Assembly (NCBI RefSeq): GCF_006345805.1
Contig: NC_043008.1
Coordinates: 15,066,001-15,130,000 of the forward strand
Direction of reading: 5' to 3'
Length of the DNA stretch: 64,000 nt
Origin: Octopus sinensis
Lineage: Eukaryota
Shown here: piece by piece, positions 36,159-48,410 of the stretch
Numbering within the stretch: position 1 is the first letter of the stretch
Layout: every line of letters starts with the position of its first letter
The notes under the pieces: generated by a model
What the model was told of the DNA's origin: nothing
What the model saw: the letters and a program-made list of their open reading frames with translations, nothing else
Database searches by the model: none
Translations under genes and position numbers: made by a program

Positions 36159-37084
36159 AAACGATACAAATAGTGGGTAACTTTACTAAAAGCAAGCAAT
36201 TTTAAAATTGTACACTTTCTACAAAAGTTCTTAAAAATTCTAATTTTCATATATTTTTATCAAAATGTGGTTTTGAAATTTCTTTTATTATATGTTTTTT
36301 TTAGTGCATTTTCTCTTTGCCATTTCTCTATCTCTCTCTCATTTCACACATAGGGCTATAACATGAAATTTATTATATATTTTCGATAGTTTCCTTTGTC
36401 TAGATAATGCAACTAATTCTAATGTTGTGTCATGTTACTGTGAGTAATTGTGAAAAAGATCTTGTGAAATATTTCTCAGTGGTAAGATTGCTATCCTTTA
36501 ATTTCTGATCCAATTAATGCAACGAAGCTGAAACTTCCCATATATCACTTGATCCGTTGTTTATTTTGATCAGAACTGTCTAGGTGAGCGTCATGCTGTT
36601 CCGATGCTTATAAACTAAAACAGCAGGAAATTTTCCTGCTGTCGACAACGGCAAGAGCATTAATAATGATGTATTTCAGATAAGACCACAAATCTATCCA
36701 AAATAATTAGTTAGTAACTAACAGGTTTGCTAACAGGTTTCTGTAGCGACATGTCAAATTTAAAGTTAGCTTCCATTGCCATGAACCAACAAAGGAGTCC
36801 CCTATGTTAATTGAAACTACTGTTAAATCTCTCTCAAATAACACTGAAGTCTCTTAAATGTTAAAGGACACATCAGATAAGAGAACCCAATATATCCCAT
36901 ATCCTGGAACTTCGTCGGTTACGACGACGACGGTTCAAGTTGATCCGATCGACGAACAGCCTGCTCGAGAAATTAACGTACTTGTGGCTGAGCCCTCCAT
37001 AGACACAGATACCCATAACGTAGTTCTCGGGGAGATTCAGCGTGACACAGAATATGCTTGACCCTTTGAAGTACAAGTGCTACT

Positions 37085-37200
37085 GGATTTTGCCAGCTTA
37101 TTGGAGTGAAGCAATGTGAAACAAAGTACCTTGCTCAAGAACACAACGCACTACAAGGAATCGAACGCACGACCTTAAGATCCTGAGCCGAATACCCAAA
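37085..37200 (-). mobile_element. Family D (CORE-like) SINE fragment
   Basis: ggagtgaagcaatgtgaaacaaagtaccttgctcaagaacacaacgc...ggaatcgaac matches the reverse complement of about 63000-63075. Confidence 0.7.
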
Positions 37201-37989
37201 ATACTTACAATATACGATGAGAATGATTTCACCGCTGGAATGATTTCAGTTAGGGCCAACATTAGATGAACAATAATTTATTATAGGGTTTACAGGGTAT
37301 TATATTGAAAAATTAAGGGCCACTCCTTCAGAGTATGTTTCAAGAAGATTGTACTGTATGATTACAGGGGTATAGGGCTTCTGTATGTACCTAGCCTAGT
37401 GACAAAGTAGGGGCACTCTCGTTGACAAGAAGTTAGTGAAAAGAGTTAGTAGTGGTTCCAGAGTGTAATTACTGGATATTACATTTGAAGCAGAAAAATA
37501 TACTATTACCGATAATAACGATTGATATCTATTATAAAAAAACAAAAAAACAAAAGAAAAATAAATGGAAATCAAACAGATATAATGATCAATACCGAAG
37601 CAACTGGTTCAAGGTTACATATTTGGTTGGGTAAATAATCAATTAAATCTATTGTATTTATTTTATCGAATTCAGGAGAACGAAAGGGAAATCGGCTGAT
37701 TTAAATTTAGTATGGCAAGGATTCGTCTTTTAAACGTATATAGGCGCAAATCTTCGATGTCTCTGACAGACAATCACGCAAAGCACTAAACATACACATG
37801 CACACACAGACACAGACACACACACACATACACAGACACACAGACACAGACACACACACACACACACACACGCGCGCGCTTACAGGTACTGATACATGCT
37901 CATGCTCATACAGACGTGGACTCAAACACGTTTGAGTATATCAAAACACGATAATAGATATAGTCTGTATTCATTTATACACATACATA

Positions 37990-38376
37990 CATTACATACA
38001 TACCTATATGTATATAGAGTGGTTGTACACTGTCAACATAACGTGACAGTCCCGTAAGGGAATTACACTACCGCTGTTTAGCCCTAGGAAGCATCGACGC
38101 TTCCTGTCGGCTTTGACACATTTCCTGTGTCCTTATATTTGCGAAGGGGAGGCAAGCGCCCCCACCAGCTAGGATTCACACACTGCATGTTTCTGGGTCT
38201 TAATCCGTCATCAGCCCAGGATAGTGAGATCTGTTGATTGAGATGCCTGTCTAGCCTTCGCGTACATATTTAGTTTTGGGATTTGGTTTGCAAGATTCTT
38301 TATGTGAGTTCGTGTGTTGAAGCATATTCTGTTGTGTCTGGGGAGAGTCATTCTCTTTTGGTGCCTTATAATTTAA
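37990..38376. mobile_element. Composite interspersed repeat, Penelope-LTR-like
   Basis: 38274-38376 is nearly identical to 45381-45485; a minus-strand CTGATGA...GAAAC motif lies at 38214-38189. Confidence 0.5.
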
Positions 38377-38386
38377 TAAGGTAAAG

Positions 38387-39037
38387 AAAATAAGGTAAAG
38401 GAGGATTCGTCCAAGAAAAAACATTCTTCCACTGTTCTAGGGACCAATTCTGTAGGTTTTTATTCCACTCTAAACGCTTTACAACGTTTGTTTTTGAAAG
38501 TAGTGGTTTTCTGATTGCAGCCCTCTGTGCAGCTCACAGCGAACAGTGTTTGTGGAAACTTGGATCTCGAGGTGATCATTAAGCTCTGCAGTACTTTTGA
38601 GAGCTGTACTTTTGTGATCATTTCTAACAATTCGCGTAAGATCCCGACGGTCCATATCTGAAAGTTTTGGTTTTCTTCTGGAGTTTTGTTTCGCCGAGGA
38701 GGTTTTTCTCTCTTTCTCAAAGGCTCTCATTACTTTTGAGACAGTACTTCTTGATACATCAAACATTTCGGCTGTTTTCGTTACGCTAGCGCCTGTCATA
38801 CGAGCACCAACAATTTGACCCCTTTGAAAGTCTTATAGATCTATCATTTTAATGAACTTTAATTACCTTTTTTTGATGATATCTGAAAACAAAACAGCAA
38901 TTTTAGCAAAACATATTAAGCAACACTAATGATAAATAAGAAAACATAAAAATAAACAAGCTTTTGACGGTTTTATAGATATTTCAAAATTATGATGCTA
39001 TGATGCTAGGTGTTTCCATTATTTTGTCCAACCCCTG
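38387..39037 (-). mobile_element. Tc1-family DNA transposon, 5' half with disrupted transposase
   Basis: TIR caggggttggacaaaataatggaaacacc at 39037-39009; ATG at 38847: MIDL*DFQRGQIVGARMTGASVTKTAEMFDVSRSTVSKV... (paired-like HTH); after frameshifts RAAIRKPLLSKTNVVKRLEW and QWKNV/FLDESSFTLF (first catalytic D); truncated there. Confidence 0.92.
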
Positions 39038-39120
39038 GATATGTGTGCATGTGCGCGTATGTGCACGTGTGCGTCTGTGCGTATATACACACACACACAT
39101 ATATATATATATATACAAAG

Positions 39121-39847
39121 AAAGAGAGAGGGAGAATGAGAGCGAGAGAGAGAGAAAGAAAGAGAGAGAAACTATGTATGCATAATTTAAAAGTGGAAGG
39201 TGCGGTACTTTAACGAATAGTTCTTAGAAGCGAGCGAGCCAATCACTTTGGGCAGAAGTGCCAATAGTCATGCAAAAATGCACTGACGTTTAATTTTAAG
39301 CTTTAAAATAGCAATTATATTCTCGGCACTTCGTTTTACTACACACACACACACACGCGCGCGCACACACATGCACACTACATCTTCGTTATTTGCAACG
39401 GAAGTAGTATTATATTAAAATAGTCATCTGTGTATCATGCTAAAAGTTAAATTAATTGTAGCATTCGTCCGGAAATAGTTTCTCTTATGGATAAACTTTT
39501 CTTAAAAGCTCCAATATATCAAAATCAAACGGAATGCTCTGCTTGTGATATTATTTGTACTTTTAACATAACATGTCTACAAGATATAGTATTTCTGGAC
39601 GAATATCACAATTTATTTAACTTCCCGTGATGTATTTTCATTAAGTATGATAGACACACATATACACTATGTATTTATTAAGAATGAGCAAAACGCCCCC
39701 GTCCAATGAACGGTGCTGAGTTGTCAAACATTTAAACCAAATTTTCTCAAAACAACTTGTCCGACCGTCTCCACTTTTAAATTATGCATACATAGTTTCT
39801 CTCTCTTTCTTTCTCTCTCTCTCCCTCTCATTCTCCCTCTCTCTTTT
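39121..39847. repeat. Inverted repeat pair, arms about 77 bp, including irregular (GA)n
   Basis: 39121-39197 aaagagagagggagaatgagag.gagagagagagaa(a)gaaagagagagaaactatgtatgcataatttaaaagtgga matches the reverse complement of 39770-39847. Confidence 0.9.
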
Positions 39848-40229
39848 TTTCCTTTGAGAAACACTGATTTAACCTAAATTTGAGACACCAGCAAAAGAAG
39901 AAATAAAGGTAGACTTTTTTTCTATTCCTAAGAATAATTATTTTATTCACACAACTATGCAGCTGAAGAGTTAAAAGTACCAGTAATGATAAGACTGTTG
40001 ACTGGGAGAACACAAACATGGTTTAAACAGTAAGCTTGGCAGGAAAGAAACGTGCCTTTAAGCAGTACAAAAACAACAAAAAATGGAAGGTGCAGTTATG
40101 TACAGGTTGACGGAAGAAAAGCAGGACAAAAACGATGTATTCAGCAAACTGCACGTGCATTTTTCTCACGTACGCGTAGTATCGATCGCAACAGCTGATG
40201 TACTTGCGCATATAAATGCACGTTCCTAC

Positions 40230-40404
40230 GGCTTTATCAATTGCATTCTCACCTGAAAACGATTTTTGTAACTTTTCCATGACTTATACGTGCCCTGATA
40301 CCGTCGGTATCTACATATCAAATTTGAGCGCAATCGGATGGAGGATGCCCGAGATCCTAGAAGACACACACATAGACAGACCGAACGGATTTTATATAAT
40401 AGAT
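40230..40404 (-). mobile_element. Helitron/HINE-like element, 5' end
   Basis: Ends ...acacacacatagacagaccgaacggattttatataatagat, i.e. minus-strand A|TC plus short microsatellite, the same architecture as the 12221 end; also caaatttgagcgcaatcgg. No 3' CTAG end found, so the left boundary is uncertain. Confidence 0.5.
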
Positions 40405-40429
40405 GATTTTCTTAAGCTAAGAATTACGA

Positions 40430-41500
40430 ATTATATGAAAACATCTTAAGAAAAACAGATCTTCCGAAATTGATCATTGCACAAATATCAAGAACTTTAC
40501 TACGTAGATCGTTTCTAAGAAATGAACATTATACACCTTAAACCGTTCTATTTACTTTGATCCTGTTTGGCCGATGTAACTCTCATTGCAATTACAGCAT
40601 TACATGCAATAAATGATGTTTCGTCGTGCAATTTATACTTGCATTAACTTTAAATTACTTTCCATTCTTCAATTTTTTTGTTTCTATTCTGTTTAATTAA
40701 TTCGTGGATCAAACAAGGAAGGTTTCCACATTTTGTTACCCGCTTTATTTCTTCTGGTTTGAATTTCCACTTTGTTAAGAGTTTGTTAAGATTGGTGAAT
40801 GCCTTCTACTAAGTTGTGATGTTTGGCGTCCAATTAATGGAAGTTATCGTTTTGGCCGAATGTGAAAAATCATGACTTCCGAATTTATGGGTGATTACAA
40901 ATGGAATAATTATCTTGTTTTTGCTTTCGTACTTATTTTGTAAGTTTTCCCGTAAACCTGGTGTCGGATTTCTTTTGTCTTGGTAATACCATGATTAACT
41001 ATGTTCTTTGGATATTTAGTTTCTGAAGGAACACTTATAGCTTGACTAGGTAACTTTTTCTCGTCTACCTAAATATACTATTAACCATGTATATCTGGTT
41101 ACATTAAATAGAATACTATTCTTAACGAGGTATTTAGAATATTATATGATCTAACATCTAATTATCTAACATTAACATCTAATATCCTTCCAGTGAAGTT
41201 TGATTGCAGCAGTCACATTTTCTTTAATTAACAAGTGTTCAAAAATAGACTTACCCTTTCTTTTATTACCAGTGTGAATTGGATAGATTCGTGAATGCTA
41301 TTTATTAAATTAAGGAATCTTGTAACTTCTACCTTAACTCTGTCGCCAAATATTAGGCAGCCACCCAAGAACCTTGTACATTTTTTAAAACGGGGTTGGA
41401 AATGTTGAGCATATGCAATCACAAATAGGGCATCTACGTATTCTTTCAGTAATTCCATCAACAGTGGTTCAAATGTTGGTGGAACATTATACAACATTAT
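40430..41500 (-). pseudogene. Decayed Penelope-like retroelement ORF (RT C-terminus, linker, GIY-YIG endonuclease)
   Basis: NVPPTFEPLLMELLKE (cf. KMAPTYATLVMGYLEE), RFLGGCLIFG at 41343-41374 (cf. RYLDDCxIFW), FLNLINSIHESIQFT, KYPKNIVNHGITK, IIPFVITH, VTKCGNLPC, then NCTTK/NIIYCM*CCNCNESYIGQTG (YIGQTG at 40561-40578); multiple stops and frameshifts. Confidence 0.85.
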
Positions 41501-41650
41501 TTAAACGGTACCTGGCTAAATTCCTCCAAGAAATACGACACAAATCACGGACACTTGGAAACATCTCGGCAAACAACTCCCGACTCTAGTGGACTATAAT
41601 ACCAAAACATATTTTAATATAGAACATACCTGTGCAGAGACCAAGATATA

Positions 41651-41874
41651 TCAGGGTTATTAAGAATGAAATGTCCAATTGTGAACTGAAAGTTTATTTT
41701 ACTTTAATTCAACATAAAGCAGTGCAGTTAATCAAAGTATGCACCTAAATTATCAACACAATTTTGCCATTTTATCTGTATCTTATTTATACCGGCAGCG
41801 AAGAATTCTGGAGACCAAGTGTTGATGAAATCACAAATGGCTGTTTATGCATCTTCTTCAGATTTGAAGTTTAA
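41651..41874 (-). mobile_element. mariner transposon 3' end fragment
   Basis: NFKSEEDA*TAICDFINTWSPEFFAAGINKI/DKWQNCVDNLGAYFD* (stop 41728-41730) fits the mariner C-terminal GIxKLxxRWxKCxxxxGxYF pattern; TA followed by TIR-like tcagggttattaag at about 41649. Confidence 0.8.
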
Positions 41875-42400
41875 CGTATATATATATATATTACTCGGAT
41901 TTTCAGAAATTTTGCATGAAAATTTCCGAAAATTTCTTCACACAACTTGATCAAATATTCAATATGAGCTATATGTAGACATGCATAAATTCTATAGGTT
42001 TAAAACCTTTCATCGGATCTCCATGAATCGAACTTTCTTCAATGCAGTTAATCTTACAACCTCTTTTGTATCTACCCCTTTTGATGTTTGGGAATTCTCT
42101 GATATTTTTTCGGCTGACGAGTACGAGCCATCTGTATTCACTGCATTTTTTGTAGCTTATTAAAGATGTCCTCGTACGAAACGATCGTACCGAGATTTTA
42201 ATCCATTCTTGTTGCTTTTTTCCTATTTGTAATCACCCCACTTGTCGTATGGTTAACACCATATAGATTTCCGGTGCATCCTAGTTAAGGACCATATTCA
42301 TGTGAATTCTTTAGAATTCACTAGAATCTCAATTACTTAACCGTATATATACATATATATATAAATAAGGATAAGATCGTTAAATAAAAAATAAAATAAC

Positions 42401-42627
42401 GATTTTATCAAGTGGTCAGCATGGAAAAAACACCCTTCAAAGGTAATTATTATTAAAATTATAAATTAGGGTATCTACGAGATACCACCACGCTGAAAAT
42501 AGCAGCCATGATCTGACTTTAAAACCACCTAAATAGCTTATGGACAATTTAGGTGGTTTTAAAGTCAGATCGTTGTTGCTACTTTCAGCGTGGTGGTATC
42601 TCGTAGATACCCTAATTTATAACTTTA

Positions 42628-42630
<3 letters not shown>
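42401..42630. mobile_element. Foldback element, 84-bp arms, related to the 11.6-12.6 kb foldback
   Basis: 42451-42534 versus 42547-42630, about 5 mismatches, 12-nt loop; flank gattttatcaagtgg(t/c)ca is shared with 12244 and, reversed, about 12430-12450. Confidence 0.92.
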
Positions 42631-42667
<37 letters not shown>

Positions 42668-42794
42668 ATGGACATGTGCGTAGATCCAAATAGATATTCG
42701 TACATATTATATATAGAAACGTATGTAGACAGATTCAAGCTAAAAAGCTAGTTTTAAAATCCCTCTAAGTAATGATCGCTATAGTTATACTAAC

Positions 42795-43097
42795 AAGTAA
42801 TGTCTGTAGCCACTTCAATATGGCTGTTCCGCTCGAACGGACTCTATCCCAGGACGGCATCTCCTATAGCTGCTCAGTGATGCATAACTGCATCCGGTAT
42901 ATTGCAAGCAAGGGAACGAACCTATATACTGGTCCCGTCATTAGAAGGTGGTAAGAGTTCGTTCCTCTGCTCGCAATATATCGGATGCAGCTGTGCATCG
43001 TTAACCAGCTGAAAGAGATGTCTTCTTTAGGTTAGAAAATCGCAGTAAAGTCTGTTCGAATGAACCAGCCATATTGAAGCGTCTACGAACATTACTT
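42795..43097. mobile_element. Diverged foldback/MITE-like palindrome
   Basis: 42795-42921 aligns to the reverse complement of 42957-43097 (aagtaatgt..gtag...cttcaatatggctg...tcgaac.gact...ctgcatcc.gtatattgc.agca..ggaacgaac), with an indel of about 15 bp. Confidence 0.85.
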
Positions 43098-43537
43098 TAT
43101 ATATATATATATGTAGGTATTATATATGTAAAGCATAATGTTATACATGTATGTATATTGTTATAATAGTCATTTTAATAAATAAATAAATTGACATAAT
43201 ATAATGTCTGAAAGTTGATGAACCATATATTGATCCCCTCCATTCTCTTATTGCTCTGTGTATATATATATATATATATAATATATATATATATATTATA
43301 TATATATATATATATATACATATATACAAACGCGTGTCTGTGAATAGACGTTGTGTGCATGTATGTATGCGTTGTATGTGTGTGTGTGTGCGCGTGTGTG
43401 TGTGTATGTTCGCACGACGCATTTTCTCTCTGAATAAGCTTAAATGTCACATCGAACTTAATGATATCCGACAGCGGCCGCTGGTGGCGGCACTGTATTA
43501 ATGATGGTGTTGATAATAACGATGTCAATGTTAGAGA

Positions 43538-44222
<685 letters not shown>

Positions 44223-44979
44223 GGTGTGAAAGATCATTAAGATAGGAGTAGGATTGTGTGGACGTGAGAAAAGTCAGATCAACACAATGAAGAAATGTCA
44301 AAATTCAAACCAATTGAACCGGACATTGTGTGTGTGTGTGTTTGTCCGTGTAAGTATGTAATTGTGTATGTGCGGACGGTCGCTCACACGCTTACGTGCT
44401 AGAGACTGTGTGTGCGTGGATTTCTATGCGTGCTTATGTGCGTGTGTTGGAAAGAAAGCATTTGTATATAGGTTAGTATATATGTATGTATGTGTGCGTG
44501 CGTGTGAGAGACGAAGTGGGCTAGTGTACATATGTGCATGTGTATGTACATGTATGTATGTGTAGTTCTCTCACTGCCCTCCACGCCATGTCGATCGCCG
44601 TCCATTTCGGGATTAAAAAGACAAAAAAAAAAAAAAAAAACAAGCAGAAAATGGACTTAAAACAATGAAAAAATATAAATAAAATATCAACGAATTAATC
44701 ATAAAACAAAATGCAATTAAAACCATCACTGTTGTGATAATAATTAACTCTCTTACCACACAGCTTGTGTGATGTGAAAGCATTGCACCGAGATGACTGA
44801 AACATAATCACCATTTGTCAGAGGTTATACGCATATTGCACGTATATCACACACGTTACAACAACCCCAGACGGGGAGGCACTATGAGGTCGGTCAATTT
44901 GCCTGAGAGAAAAACCAAATCTCATTTAAATAATGCTGTACTATCGCACAAATTGAACGTTACAACATAATTTGAGATA

Positions 44980-45268
44980 TTAGGTGGGAAAGAAGCTCTT
45001 GTCGCATTTAAGACATGATTATTTCCAGCGTACTTTCTCCATATTTACAGTAAAATAATGTGATTTTGCGTCTTTGTAGATTAATCTATACCAATGTGGT
45101 TAAATTATATCGATTTTGCTCTTTTTAAATGAGTTATGATCAGACTCTTATGAAACTGCATGAGGTATGAATTCAAAATGGACACTTCAGCGACGGAAGT
45201 GGCAATAAATAGTCATTCTGTTTATGGAAATGAAGCTTTAGGTTTCCGGACATGCCAACGATGGTTTC
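44980..45268 (+). mobile_element. mariner transposon 5' fragment with N-terminal HTH
   Basis: TA then ttaggtgggaaag (TIR-like) at 44978-44992; ORF 45160 MRYEFKMDTSATEVAINSHSVYGNEALGFRTCQRWF fits the mariner LYEFxxGxxAxxAxxxIxxVYGxxxxxxRTxxRWF pattern. Confidence 0.78.
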
Positions 45269-45376
45269 TAGTTTCGCTCTTTACTCTAGACTCTCCTATC
45301 ATTGCTTCAGCTGACTTCATCCTTCATCCTTTCAGATCATTGTAATCATTATTTAGAGAATAACAGTTTATTAACT

Positions 45377-45699
45377 TTCGTTTTTGGATTTGGTTTGCAA
45401 GATTCATTATATAAGTTCGTGTGTTGAAGCATATTCTGTTGTGTCTGGGGAGAGTCATTTTCTTTTTGTGCCTTATTATTTAACACACTCACCGGTAAAA
45501 TTTCCACTTTTTTCTTATTTTTATTGTCCTAAAATTTTCGTTGCGTTTTGCAACTCTTGTCAAGACTAGTCAAGACTATTGAAAAGGTTGCAAGACGCAA
45601 CGAAAATTTTAGGAAAATAAAAATAAGAAAAAAGTGGAAATTTTACCGGTGAGTGTGTTAAATAATAAGGCACAAAAAGAAAATGACTCTCCCAGACAC
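45377..45699. mobile_element. Self-inverted Penelope-LTR-like insertion with 15-bp TSD
   Basis: aacagtttattaact at 45362-45376 and 45700-45714; arms 45436-45554 and 45587-45704 are near-perfect reverse complements. Confidence 0.88.
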
Positions 45700-46865
45700 A
45701 ACAGTTTATTAACTGTCAAGACATTAAAAAAGATCTAGTAAAAATATAGTAGGTGTTTTGCTTCGAAATCTGAAGGATTTTATGCCCGAGGAATTAACAA
45801 TTTGGCGAAATAGATGGGTTTACGTTATCAATGCGTTGGGTAAATATTACCTTGATTAAGTATATCAATGAACACCAAAGAAGCACACATTTCTTTCTCA
45901 TCTTAAAATGTGACAGGACTTTATTTTAACCTAATGTAGATAGAAAATAAAATCGACCCCCCTCTCGTCTTTGACAATCATCATTCAGTTGTTGGGCCAA
46001 ACAAATTACATTCTCACTGGTTTAGCATTTAAATAGCTAAAATGTTAACAAGAGCATGTGCCCTTAAGGTAATCTTCGGGAGAGTCAGCGTAACACTGTA
46101 TATGAGGTTGGTCTTCTGAAAGTGTGTGACCGTCTGTGACGAGGTTTCATTTTCAAATGAGAAGAACGATCCATCCAACGAACTTCCACAAAATTCCCAT
46201 CTACCCAATTTCACTGAAGATACTTCAGTTTAAGCCTAAAAAGGGGTAAAAGATACTGGTTCCTCATTATATTACCAGACCACACAAGGTACACACATCT
46301 ACACATTTGTCCTTTTAATTCTTCGCCCAATATTCTTAGGAAGGATGTGGGGTTAGACTCTTCAGAAATCTCCTCCATAAAGTCTTTCTACAAGCAACCG
46401 TCATTAAACGTTCCTGCAGAATTCTCAAGCGTGACTAACTGATATTATGGATATTGTAGACCAGGAGAAAAATCTCTTAATATATAATAGTCAAAATTAT
46501 AAACAATGAAATAAGAAAAGCAACATGCAGGGGGAATGATAAAACTATTAGAACCGTTGGGGACGGAATGCTTTTCGGTAGATGTCCACGATATTTGCGT
46601 TGTGATAGAAAGGTCTGAGGCCACATTATTGCATGAATGCCGAGCTGTATCAATCTTTGTCTTTTCTTCGGACAACATCAATCGTGCGAGGAGGAGTGAC
46701 TTCCAGTCAGGGGCAAATAGCAAATACTCGTCTTTCATAAGGTTAGAGCCAGAATTTTCAAGGAGGAAATCCTTAGTCTTACGGGGATCTCCGGGTATAT
46801 ATAAGTATATGTATATGAACACACACATACACCCACCTACACACCCAAACACATACACACACGCA

Positions 46866-46910
<45 letters not shown>

Positions 46911-47030
46911 GCATAGATACATACATACATACATACACACATACTACATACATGTATTCATTACGTGCAACAGAATCAGTATTAGGTGAAAGTCATCTCT
47001 GCATCTTAATGTAAATACGTCATCCAAACA

Positions 47031-47062
<32 letters not shown>

Positions 47063-47478
47063 AACACACTCACACACAAACGCACACACAGACACATGCA
47101 CATACACACATACACAAATACACACGTGTATTATGTCAGAACCGAAGTCAGACTCAGCTGAAAGCAATTCGTAGCTGAGTACACCAGCTCCGTATTCAAT
47201 TCGAGGGTATATTGTATGCTTTGACCTCCGTGGTACATCTGCACCATATAATTTCAATCCGTGTTCTCTCTCTTCTTTTAACCCTTAGGTTGTGATTTCT
47301 TGAAAATTTAACTAGTATATTTAACAAGGAAATGCTCCGGCATTGATTCTTAAGTAAGTCAATAGTACCGACGAATTTGCGAAGAACTCCGTAATCATTT
47401 TCTGACCGATCACTTTGGAAACCTACAACACAACGGGTAATTATTTGCTAGTGGGTGGTCTCTACTCTCTCTCTCACT

Positions 47479-47525
<47 letters not shown>

Positions 47526-47721
47526 TCTCAAATACTTGTTTTGTTTTTTGCATACTGTCTAAAATTTCAGTAATTAAATTAATTACATTAACTTCCGAGT
47601 AAATTAAATTTATTTCAAATTAAATATATTTCAGATTAAATTGAATAATAAATGTTGAAACATGACGGCAATCAAAACACGATAAATATACAACTAATAT
47701 ATTTTCAATGATGTAAAGGCA

Positions 47722-47800
<79 letters not shown>

Positions 47801-47901
47801 GTATGTATGTATGTATGTATGTATGTATGTATGTATGTATGTATCTATCTATCTATCTATCTACCTATCTATCTATGTATCTATGTATCTATGTATCTAT
47901 G

Positions 47902-47963
<62 letters not shown>

Positions 47964-48085
47964 CCTGTCTGTCTGTCTGTCTGTCTCTCTGTCTCTCTAA
48001 CTCTCTATCTGTCTGTCTGCATGCCTCCCTTTTTGCCTGCCTGTCTGCATGCCTGTCCGTCTGTCTGCCTGTCTGGCTGCTTCTT

Positions 48086-48122
<37 letters not shown>

Positions 48123-48185
48123 TTATCTATCTATCTATTTACCTATCCATCAATCTATCTGTCTATCTATCCATACATACATACA
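47722..48185. repeat. (TATC)n/(TATG)n/(TGTC)n compound microsatellite
   Basis: Tetranucleotide arrays; explains the SIYL/MYVC ORFs. Confidence 0.95.
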
Positions 48186-48410
48186 TACGTATATACGTTC
48201 ACACAAATGTGTATATATATATATCCTTATATCATCATTAAATGCTGTCTTGTATTCCAGCAAAATGGAGTCAAGACATATAGTCTATGTGCCAACGTAG
48301 TGTGCATATATTCTATAAAAAAAACGTATAATTGAAATAAGATTGTTTTGCTATCGAAATATGAGACATCACGAAAATATTCGTTCAACATATTGGAACT
48401 CATATGATTA

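Noticed and set aside
36858-37061. 67-aa ORF ...DKRTQYIPYPGTSSVTTTTVQVDP... as a terminal exon
   Set aside because: The composition is plausible but the acceptor context is weak and I recognise no homology; insufficient support.
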